A DNA stretch of 64,000 nt, from the NCBI GenBank assembly GCA_010405405.1, contig MU004230.1, positions 2,762,627 to 2,826,626 of the forward strand. Reading direction: 5' to 3'. This document shows, one piece after another, positions 1 to 10,530 of this stretch (position 1 is its first letter; each line of letters starts with the position of its first letter). Position numbers and translations under genes: made by a program. Below the pieces are notes generated by a model, which was given only the letters and a program-made list of their open reading frames with translations, had not been told where the DNA came from and did not search any database. The DNA comes from Microthyrium microscopicum (lineage: Eukaryota).

Positions 1-1271
1 ATACCCATCACGGTATTTGAGTTGAAAGCGTCGTCATGTATTTTATGTCTCAGCCTTGTCTCCTCCAATCTCGTATCAGAACTTCCCGGCTACCAATGTC
101 TCCGCTTATCATCTCTTATGGAAAAGTACGAAATACGATGGTCTACACCGTACTTGGTGGGTACAACAAAAGCATCTATATAACTGTCATCAAGTCTGCC
201 CCACCATGAAGGTTGATATCATAACCACCATCATACGAAAAACCATTAGCGTCATAGACCAATCGAGTGGAGTACTATTTACTGCCGTGTCAGTGCAGAG
301 ATGCAGCACTACTGGCTCTGTGCACTCTTGTCCCCTTCATCTATGTACTTTTCAAGGCAAGCCGGCAAGGAAACGGACATGACAAGACTGATGTGAGAAG
401 TTTCGCATTTGTTTGTTCGTTGTAACCGCCACTGGTCCAACCTAAATTGCGCAGGCTCATAAGAGGCTCCGGGTTTCTCCATTTATAACACTCCGTTCAT
501 GCAAGCTCCTATCTTTGATTCAAACAAATTGAGATATAGCTGGCTAGCGTGACATGTCCAATTCTTAAAGTGGTTTCTTGTCTGACATGTTCAGCATGTT
601 GAACCACAGCTGGCGTGAGCTGCGTAACAAGCCACAACAGCCTCAGTTGTAATTTTATCAATTTACGTGCAGAAATGGAACGCATGTCATCTATATTTTG
701 ACAGATCCACGAAATATGAGATGTTGTGTCTTGATATCTGTGCTTGTAGTTGTACCATCCTGAAATATCTTTCGTCCTATGCAGGTTCGCCGATATCATC
801 AGAGGATGTATGCAATTGCTAGTGTAATATACACTCCCTTTATATTCGACTTTCGTTAGAGACATGATTAGCTATCTCGTGCTACTTGAAAGCTTAAGTC
901 AGAGCCTCATTTTTTCTTTTAGCAGAAAATCGTGAACTGTTCCGCCTTGTCCCATTTCATTGGCCGGTCCCACCAGGTACCTCCAGGTCCTTCCAAAATA
1001 TTCACACTCGAAATAAACAACTCCAAACTCATCCTCGCCCATAATACCCCGACCACTATTAATCTTTTCCATTTTGCCGCTTACAACAGGGTTATTTGCT
1101 TGCCTTGCTTATTCCCACATCAAATCCTCATCCTTCAGTTCAAGTTCGGAACATCGCCAATCTATCTGACACCAAGGCCCGCCACACCTTCAAACCACCA
1201 GCACTAACATCCGAATATCAGCATCCGATCATCAACATCCGAGTCTGACCGTCCAAGCACTTCAAACAACA

Positions 1272-2210
1272 ATGGCTGAGCAACAAGCAAATCCCATAGT
1301 CTTTTTTGACATCAAACTAGGCGGTACGTTATTTTTGAACACCATCACCATAGCCCTCGCTGCACATCCAGCTTGCCCCAAGGGACATGTAATTGTTGTT
1401 CTTAAAGAACTTCAGCCCTGCAATGGTTTCCCCTGTATCACCTTGCTCAAACGGGCCATGTTCCCAAATAAGACAAATTTAGGGCCATTACACTTGTTCT
1501 AAGCCTAATACCTCCAGAAAAGGAATGATTAGGGTAACATCGAGGCTGACATTATCAACCATAGGAGAGCCTCTTGGACGAGTCAAGATGGAGCTGTTCA
1601 AGGACGTTGTGCCTCGGACGGCGGAGAACTTTCGACAGTTTTGTACGGGCGAGACGAAAGGACCGCAGGGACGGGCTCAGGGATATAAGGGTGCGAAATT
1701 TCATCGTGTGGTATGTCTAAAACCTCCTTCCCAAACTTTGGTGGTGGTGGATATACGTTCGGCAGGTTATGTGTGGTTCGTGGTGTGTAGGTATTGTGTG
1801 CTGATGGGCATTCTAGATCAAAGATTTCATGATCCAAGGCGGCGATTTCCTTAATGGCGATGGAACGGGCTCAACATGTATCTATGGGACTCGCAATTTC
1901 GCTGATGAGAATTTTGATTTGAAGCATGATACGCCTGGTTTGTTGAGTATGGCGGTAAGATATCACTTTTGCTTGTTTTGATATATGGGGTTTCGGTACT
2001 GACGAGCTTGGGTAGAATAGCGGACCAAACTCAAATGGCTGCCAGTTCTTCATTACGACTGTGCCAACTCCGTTTCTTAATAATAAACATGTTGTGTTTG
2101 GCAAAGTCGTGGAGGGCATGGAGATTGTGCAGATGGTGGAGAATACGAGGACTGTTACGAATGATAAGCCGGCGCAGGATGTTACTATTTCGCAGTGTGG
2201 GGAGATGTAG
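1272..2210 (+). CDS. PPIH: Cyclophilin-type peptidyl-prolyl cis-trans isomerase H (U4/U6-associated), 4 exons
   Basis: Exons 1272-1323, 1565-1710, 1817-1954 and 2016-2210, joined by GT-AG introns, give [41 protein letters not shown]...[22 protein letters not shown]...[19 protein letters not shown]...KHVVFGKV...ISQCGEM*. These are cyclophilin motifs with PPIH-type NFRQFCTGE and QCGEM. Confidence 0.93.
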
Positions 2211-2532
2211 GTTCTATGGATGGAATCAGGGTACGAGTGCATATGGGAGTCGAAAATGATATCCAGCGGTCTAGCGCTGTGGGAATAGAGGTAATCAAAA
2301 GCATTGAATCACCGATATCAACATCATGATGCCACACACTTCGTGCATGGAGACAAGGCAGCCGGCACCGAATCGAAGTTGAACACAAGAAAATGCAATT
2401 GATGAGCAGCAAGTTTACGTTCAAGAAACTGTACATGCAAACTGCCGCTGAGTGTTGCCATCAAAGCCAAAAGTCTATTCGTGATGTTATACATCGCCAT
2501 GCTCTTCCAGTCTGATATCCCCCATCAACCCA

Positions 2533-2939
2533 TTACGAGTCCGCTAATGCCTTCAGTCGGTCCGCCCGGTCCTTCTCGATCTTGATGTAGAACGCATCTC
2601 TGTGTCGAACGTTTGGAACGTGATATGCTGAATATGCAAGTTAGATCGATCAAGCTGTATAAGAAATACACCTCGGGTGCTGATATGTCGGGCGTTGATG
2701 TTTTGGGTGTTGATTCTTTACGTACCGTACCACCAGTAGCTGGCGCCAACTACTCCGAGTCCTTTGGTAGTTGTTAGCCATGTCATGAGTATATAATTTT
2801 GAGGGATTTGAGCTTACCTCCAGCAATGCTGAGGTCAAGGATGATTCTTCGGCGAAGCATCTGTGTTTATCGTTAGCTCGAACGTTCGCCAGAGGTCTGA
2901 TATTGGGTGTCGCACGCCGGTGATTGGTGCAACCGCCAT
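2533..2939 (-). CDS. COX9: Cytochrome c oxidase subunit 9 (VIIa), 4 short exons
   Basis: Spliced product MAVAPITG-MLRRRIILDLSIAG-GLGVVGASYWWY-AYHVPNVRHRDAFYIKIEKDRADRLKALADS* matches the fungal Cox9 pattern (APITG...YWW...FY). Not captured by the ORF track because of introns. Confidence 0.88.
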
Positions 2940-3227
2940 GTTCAGTAGCAATTGAGGTGTTGGAGTGGAGATTGAGGAGACTGAGTGCTTTGGGTCGTGG
3001 GATTGTAGAAGAGCTGTTTGGTGGTTCGATACTTGAGATGAAGTGAAGTCAAGTTCCGGTGTTGGCGCTAACCCAATGGGGTTTATGGTCTTGGCACTTC
3101 TAGGCCTTTGCGACCTCGACGACTTCTAAACTATCAAACTCCAACACTCATCTCCCAGCTATACCAGTTACAAATGTCGCGACGCTTCGAATCCAAATGA
3201 AATCCTCTTCAGCGCCCTACCTAAACT

Positions 3228-4298
3228 ATGACTGCTTCACCTCTCTCCTCCGCGACCTCCTCAGCCATGAAGCGCTCAAGTGAGGACCTTGAGTCGACTC
3301 TTCAAGATGACCGACCTACCAAGCGCATTCGTCGATTCCGACATAGCATAAAACACAAACAGCCTTTCGCAATAGAAACAGCGACGCGCATACATGATGA
3401 ATTTCTCACACATTCTCAAATGACACGATCCATCACACTGGCGCTGTCTGCTCATGGTTTCACAGCAGTAGAGTCTTCAGCACTTGAGAGCTTCAGAGCT
3501 GTGACAGAAGAATGTGAGTAGTCTATCTCAGCATTAAAACTTATGTCACTATCATCTAGGTGCTAACATCTACAACCTATAGACATCCTTCGCTTTTTAA
3601 AATCAGTAAACTCTAGCATGCGCGGCGCGCGAAGAGCAGAACCCACTCCTCACGACTTCATAACCGCCCTCTCACATTTCAATCTCACATCCTCATCCTT
3701 CTCTTCGTTTTTAGAAATGCCGCCATATCCCTCAATATGTCAGCCATCGTTGATCATACCTCTTGAAGCCGAGAAACCCGCGCCTGACCTTGACACCGTA
3801 CTGGGAACAAGTCTTCAATCTACACAACCCCGAAATAAATATGTGCCAAAACATATGCCCGGGCTACCTAGCGCACACACATGGAAGAGTACGGCGGTCA
3901 TGCCCTCTCGAGAAGAAGATGCACGGAAGATGAGAGAACGAGCTACGCGGGAAGGTGTGCTTGCAGAACAAGCACTACGCCGACTCGCGCAGGCGAGCAA
4001 GGCTGCTCATAAAGACAATGCTGTGAACGGGACTGGCACAGGAGCCAAAAGCAAACCGCAGAAATCCTGGATGGCGGCGCTGAAGGCAATCAAGAAGGCT
4101 GACCAGGAAGAAGAAGAGAAAGAAGAGGCGTCCGCAGAAGCCAACCAAGTGGACGTTGACATGGAAGATCCGCAAGCAATGCTTCCTCCGATTGGAGCAA
4201 AGAAGTCGAAGACGGCGCCGAATGAGAGTTTTGAGACGGCAGCGGTGGTGAACTGCGAGCGTTTGCATTGGCGGGAGTTGGCTCGCGGAAAGGCATAA
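3228..4298 (+). CDS. TAF8: TFIID subunit TAF8-like (bromodomain-associated histone fold plus TAF8 C-terminal domain)
   Basis: Two exons with intron 3514-3582. Contains RSITLALSAHGFTAVESSALESFR, ARRAEPTPHDF and YVPKHMPGLPSAHTWKSTAV...AEQALRRL. Confidence 0.85.
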
Positions 4299-4393
4299 TC
4301 TGAATACCCATATATTAGAGGAGGAGGAAGTTTTGCATATTGCATAGTCAAGTCATACCTTGGCAGAAATACCATCATAAGCGCATTATTTTT

Positions 4394-4804
4394 TCATTTC
4401 TTCCTTGCTTCCTCTGTGACATCTTTAAGCTCTCTGGCAGCAACGCGATTCCACTCCCATTCCGTAGTTTCTACCGATAACCCTCCAGCGCATCTAGAAA
4501 ATGTTAGTACCTGAAATAGGCTTCCAAAATCCTGGATAAAAACAAAATGGCTGCCTCAGGTAGTAGCCAAAAAAACATACTGTCGAAAGTACCGCCAAAA
4601 TGGCTTACACGTCACAAACTGCCTTACCCCCTCTTTCTTACGCCCTTGAACATCGCAATTATATTGAACCAGGCGCATTAATTCGCAGTCTTCGAGCTTT
4701 ATTGGTGGGTGGCGCGGTTTCCCGTTTGGGAGCTTGTTGACGCGCTCCTCGAGCTCGTTGATGGAAAACGTTTCGAAGGGAACTCCTCCACGCTGCGAAC
4801 TCAT
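4394..4804 (-). CDS. SOM1: Mitochondrial inner-membrane peptidase subunit Som1-like protein
   Basis: Two exons give ...PPIKLEDCELMRLVQYNC...CKPFWRYFRQ-CAGGLSVETTEWE..., the L-x-QY-x-C / C-x-P-x-x-R-x-F-R-x-C / VETT-x-WE pattern of Som1. Confidence 0.8.
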
Positions 4805-4914
4805 CTTTGCGACGCAACACACGCAACACCCCGCGCAAGTCTGAACGTATCGAAAAGAAAGAGAAATTGGCCTGATGATGCTTTTATGGGAGTTTGAGAG
4901 ATGAGAAGAGGACG

Positions 4915-6147
4915 ATGAGTGTGCAAGAAGCTGGTCGGAGGTTGTTGGGGGAAGTCAAGTCCGAGGATGCGAACGAAGTAAGTGGTTTTTTGCCAACGCT
5001 CGAACAAGGCGTTGTGGTTTTTTCGGGGAATGGTTTGAGTATGTGCTAACTGTTTAAGATTTTTCGTATTGCGAGATTTCTTAATCAGACGAAAAATCGG
5101 AGGGACGTTTTCGGGGTTCCGCAGCTGGATGTGCCTGCTCGAGAAGGTGTTACGGCGGATGACTTCTTGGAGTATTCTGTCGACGATGAGACTCTCGAGT
5201 CTGGAGTTGATAAGCTTCTGGTCACTTCTACCGGCAGCACTTTGATTGAAATCACGGCGGCGGACACTTGTTCTGGCAAATCTACTTTACTCTATCTCAT
5301 CATCGCCATTGGGGTGTTACCACGCCAACATGAAGACATTGAAATAGGAGGCAAAGAGGGTCTTGTTGTCGTGATTGACAACGACAACAAGTTTGATGTT
5401 TTGGTTCTGCAGAACAACATGAAAAGTTACATCAAGAGAGCGGCGGCTCAACAGGCGGCATCTGAAGACAACAAGGAAAAGAGACCAGAAATCACGACTC
5501 ATACAACCCTCGATGATGAGGTACTAAACGCCATCACCATGGTAGCTCTATCTCATGTTCACATCTTCCGTCCAGCTTCCCAGCAGTCGCTACTTGCTAC
5601 TCTCGATACTCTACCAACCTATCTCCTTGGCAACAAACATCGCTCGAGCAGCCGGCATCTCAGCAGTATTGTTATAGACAGTGCCAGTGCATTCTACTGG
5701 CAGCTACGAGGTACTCAAGAGGACCGCAAGGCTGAAGCGCTGGATGGCAACAAAGAAGATACTGCTAAGAGCATGTCTTCGAGTTATGCCCGATTGATCA
5801 AGTCACTCCAATCTCTAAGTCGACGCTTCGAATGTCCGGTGATTGCCACGACGCTCCAAGTTTCCGCAGCTGCCAAGTTTCCATACTACGATCTCAATCC
5901 AACCTTTCCAACAGCGCCAAATCTACAAATGACCATAGCCAGGAATCAATACCGTAGTGCCACCCGGTATGCTTCTGACATCAGCGTGGAAAGAGCGCGC
6001 ATGACGCCCAAGTATACCTATACAAGCCACGACTTTGAAGTCTTTGGAGGAAACTATTTTGCAGATGCTCTCTTTTCTGTAAGGGAAGGAGTAGCCCAGT
6101 TCCATGATGAGTCGGATCTTCAGAAATTGGATACTTACCCAACCTGA
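4915..6147 (+). CDS. XRCC2: Rad51 paralog, XRCC2-like RecA-fold protein
   Basis: Exon 1 (4915-4977, MSVQEAGRRLLGEV) splices in frame to 5059. Motifs: LIEITAADTCSGKSTLLY (Walker A-like), VVVIDNDNKFDV, HVHIFRP, SIVIDSASAFYW (Walker B). Confidence 0.78.
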
Positions 6148-6543
6148 AGGCCTTGGTCCCTCTGTATCTGGCTTCAGTGCTGTGGTAGACCAGACTGAAG
6201 AGAGTCCTTGGTGAAAGCCGCTGCACCACCGACCGTCCACCACATACATTACGGAAGGCAGAACTGATGTGCCTAGGCTACTATCTACGATCGGAAGTTC
6301 CTTTCAATATTCATTCGAATCAAAACCTCAATTGTGCTCAACTAACCCCTGTGAGGCTGCACGTGAAGTCGTGAGAGGTTGGCGTCAGAATAGGCAACAG
6401 ACGGCCAAAGCTTCACCCCAGCGCGTCTTGAAATCCTTCGCGCATCCCCTTTACTTCAAACAAAAAAATCAATAATTTCCCTTAAAATTTCCTATTCTGA
6501 GGAATCACATACAAACCCCCTCCGATTGTCGTCAATTTCCGAG

Positions 6544-8702
6544 ATGGCGCCAAAAAAGCGTGCGGCGGCTGCAAGTGCTGCTACTACCAATAAGCGAGCT
6601 AAGAAGGACTCGGATGCTACGCCAGCTACCAAAGTCAAAGCTACTCCAGCTGCAAAATCCAAAGCCAAAGATACCAAGAAGGATCTCAAGGTCTGTTGAT
6701 TTGTATAGACCTTTGGAGTTAGTGCTCACTCTGTCAGAAGGAGACAAAGGCCCCAGTTGTGCCTGTAGATGAGAATTGTCATTTTTCAACGACACATCAT
6801 GTCTATATTGACGATGAAGGACTTCCCTTTGATGTCGCTCTCAATCAGACAAATGTTGGCGACAACAACAACAAGTTCTATCGGATTCAGCTACTTGAAG
6901 ATGCTGCACAAAGCAATTACGTAAGTTCTCTCCTGATCGTCAATGCATCGTCGAACTGCTCAGAGTTGTGTTTGGGCATCATGACTTCGGGTACTATGGT
7001 GATTATGTACTAACAGGTCTCCAGTACACATGGACTCGCTGGGGCCGTGTTGGTGAGCGCGGTCAGTCAAAAGCCCTGGGTGGAGGTGCATTGGCTGGTG
7101 CTATGAAGGAATTTGAGAAGAAGTTCAAAGAGAAGACAGGACTTGCATGGGATGATCGTTTTGACGACCCGAAACCGAAGAAATATACATTTCTTGGTAA
7201 GTTCATCTAGTATACTCTAAGTTGCCAACTGACACTTTTCCAGAAAAGAGCTACGAACCCGTTGCAGGAGCTAGCAAAGTCAACAAAACTGTCGCAGAGC
7301 CTACAATTGCCCAGCCAGTACAAAAACTGATGCAGCTCATCTTCAATGCCAAGTTCATGACTGCCGCTATGGAAGCGCTTGACTACGATGTTGCCAAATT
7401 GCCACTTGGAAAGCTTAGCATGCGGACCATTGAGCAGGCTTATCAGACATTGAAAGTAGGACTTTCAAGTCTGCTCATGCTGTCCCGCTGCTAACTACTT
7501 TCAGGATCTCTCTGTATTCGTCGTTGATGCTGCCACCGTGGACACCAACAAGGAGTCGGTTGAAGAGCTCACCAACCGCTACTACACTCTCATTCCCCAT
7601 GCATTTGGTCGTAGAAACCCACCTCTTCTGACATCAAGCGATATGGTCAAGCGAGAAACCGAGCTTCTCGACTCTCTCATTGACATGAAGAAGACCAGCG
7701 AAATCATGAACGAAGAAGAAGAAGAGAGCCAGGAGGCCACCGTCGCTCATCCTCTGGATCGTCAGTACCAAGGTCTCGGCATGGAGGAAGTCACTCCTCT
7801 AGATCCCAAGACCAAGGAGTTCAAGGAACTTGCCGCATACTTGATCAAGACTCAAGGTGCTACCCACGGAGCTCTCAAATATCAAATTGAGGACATCTTC
7901 CGCATTGAACGCCAAGGAGAGTTTCAGCGATTTGACTCTGCTCCTCATACCAAGGTGAAGAAGAGCAATCGTCGTCTTCTATGGCATGGTTCTCTTGCTA
8001 CCAATTTTGGTGGTATTCTCTCAACCGGATTGCGCATCGCACCTCCTGAAGCCCCAGTCAGTGGGTACATGTTCGACAAGGTCAGTTCACGACGCCATCA
8101 TATTGAAGGCTACATATCTTTCAAATGAAGAGTAATTCTAATCAATTCCTAGGGTATCTATCTGGCAGACATGGTAAGACACGCCCTTTCAGAATTCGCC
8201 ATCCAAGCAGGCATCGCTCCATACGCACACATCTATAGGCACAAAATGTGGCCACACGATATATCTTTGCTGACAAGTATAGTCCTCCAAATCTGCCAAC
8301 TACTGCCGTGCGGGGGTCACGGGTGGCACTGGCCTGCTTCTTCTCTGCGAAGCAGAACTCGGCGATCCTATGATGGAATACGAAGACTTCAAGTACGATG
8401 CAGGCTCTGAGGTGAAGAAAGCGGGCAAGCTGGCGACCTGGGGCAAAGGCAAAACCGGCCCTTTGAAGTGGAAGGATGGTAAGACCATTCACAAGTCCCT
8501 CAAAGGCATCTCTGTGGTAAGTTAAGCCTGATAACGTGAGCCAATTTGTTGTTCTGACAAGGTTTAGCCCGATGTGTCGACTGCTCCTGGACCAACTGGC
8601 GTGAAGAGCACTAGTGGCTATGGTGGACTCGAGTACAACGAGTACATCGTGTATGATGTCGCTCAGGTCCGTCTTCGATATCTCTTCCGAGTGAAGATGT
8701 GA
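6544..8702 (+). CDS. Poly(ADP-ribose) polymerase (WGR, regulatory and catalytic domains), multi-exon
   Basis: WGR domain (NNNKFYRIQLL, TWTRWGRVGERGQ), regulatory domain (LPLGKLS, RYYTLIPHAFG) and catalytic H-Y-E triad (LLWHGS; GIYLADM on a 21-nt microexon near 8153-8173; SSKSANYC; LEYNEYIVYD). TGA at 8700-8702. Confidence 0.93.
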
Positions 8703-9190
8703 GCTTGTCGAAGACCTGGAACACTCTTAGACGGTTGCATCCTCCATCAAACATCAACGGACAACCGCTATGTATATCAAAGTAAGCAGCATTACCTCAT
8801 CTGCCATATCGGATACCGAAGCTTTGTTTGTCGCCGCAAAGCATGCGTTTTGACACACAATGCAAATATTGATATACTTCTATATCCATAACACGGGTGT
8901 GTGGTCAGTGGAATTGTGGTTTAGACAACATATTACATTATAGCTCTATTCTATAATAGACATATATAGCATGCCCACCAATGCTGCCTAGCAGATAGCT
9001 AGAACCGTCAGGCAGAGCAATATAATTTTCCACCGCACAACTATGCTCAATGATGTGTAAGAATTCTTGTCTCAAATCACTGCGGATGGGCACCACCATC
9101 TTCCACGATATTGAAAATAGTTGTAGCAACTTTTTAACAACGACATATACAATAATCATACACCCCTTTTTCACCTACAGTATAATTAAT

Positions 9191-9868
9191 CTAGAGACTC
9201 GCCATAACCGCCGCAACAGACACCAACCCCACCGCACTCCACGTCCATGCAACACTACCCGACGCAGCCATACCCGTAGCCCCCGTCGAATTCCCGCTCG
9301 CCGCCGCGCCTGTAGCCTTCGCTCCACTCGAACTCGCACTCGTGCCCGTCGCCAACTTATCCAAGCCTCCCGTAATCGTCACAGGCATAAGCGTCGCACT
9401 CGCCGCATCAACCGTACTCGTCGTAACGCCCGGATCATTCGCGCCACTACCTCCAAAGCTCTCCGTGCACACCACCTGCCCGCTCGCACCACTAGAAGAA
9501 GGAAGCACACAATTTATGCTAGCAGTGAACTCCCCTTCCTCCACCATACTGATGATCCAGGTAGATTTATTGCTCACGGTGACGTTTGCGCCGGGTCCAA
9601 GACCACAGTCTGAGGCGTCGGTGTTGGGTGGGCAGTTGATGGAGTAGGCGGTGACGGAGGGGTTGGCGCTGATGACGGAGCCGACGATGGGGAATTGGTC
9701 GGCGTCGGGGAAGAAGATTGATAGGGTGGTGGTTGGGCCGGTGGGGGAGAATGACGAGGATGATGTTGTGCTGGAGAAGAGACTGCCGCGGGAGGCGGTT
9801 GATGTTATGGTTTGCGCGCTGGAGAGGGCGGCCAGGGAGAGGAGGGTTGTTAGAAGGGTGGATGGCAT
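9191..9868 (-). CDS. Secreted Ser/Thr-rich, probably GPI-anchored cell-wall protein
   Basis: N-terminal signal peptide (MPSTLLTTLLSLAALSSAQ), small Cys-containing core, S/T/G/A-rich linker and hydrophobic C-terminal tail (AWTWSAVGLVSVAAVMASL). Confidence 0.8.
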   Translation of the reverse strand: MPSTLLTTLLSLAALSSAQTITSTASRGSLFSSTTSSSSFSPTGPTTTLSIFFPDADQFPIVGSVISANPSVTAYSINCPPNTDASDCGLGPGANVTVSNKSTWIISMVEEGEFTASINCVLPSSSGASGQVVCTESFGGSGANDPGVTTSTVDAASATLMPVTITGGLDKLATGTSASSSGAKATGAAASGNSTGATGMAASGSVAWTWSAVGLVSVAAVMASL

Positions 9869-10530
9869 TTTGGCGGTTGTGGTTTATTACGAGTGGTATA
9901 AGATTCAGTTCAAAAGAGCGTAGAGAAGAAAAATGCGAACGATGGTAGGCGTAAGCAAAATGTGCGATTTGATGTAACCTAAAGCGAATGAAGGTGAGAG
10001 AGAAAAGTTACGCGACTTGAGGGATGAGGGACGTTAAGTATTAGCAAGGACCCACCGGGGTTCAGCGTAGCGTCGGAGGCAAACTTACAAATACAAGCCT
10101 CGACATGATTCAGCGATTTCACGATGCAGAAGAGAGATGATGGGAGCGCGACTTTGAGAGAAAAGGAGTGGTATGAGACTAGGATCAGAAATGATCTCCA
10201 ACGCCATTGACTTGGCAGCCTTGCCAGCATCCGACTTGTCCAATCAAGATCAATATATTCGTGACTGGATCCGGGTAATGGCCAACGGTTGAGAGCCGTT
10301 GGAAAAGCCCCTTTTGCGATCCATGCTAGTTGCATCCTAAAATAGGATTTTCTTTTGCTGGGGCATGCAAAAGGAGGCTGAGATTGGCTCAAGGATTGCA
10401 ATAAGAAATAGGCTAACAGCTTTTTCACTTGGAGGATCTCAGCTCTTCGCTACAGCAGAGTATGAAACTTATGATAGTGAATCGATACAAGATCTTTCAT
10501 GACCCGCTTGATATCAACGAGCAAAGTATA

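Noticed and set aside
56..1207. ORFs of 91-118 aa at the start of the window
   Set aside because: No recognisable motifs or consistent splice structure; I cannot support a gene call.
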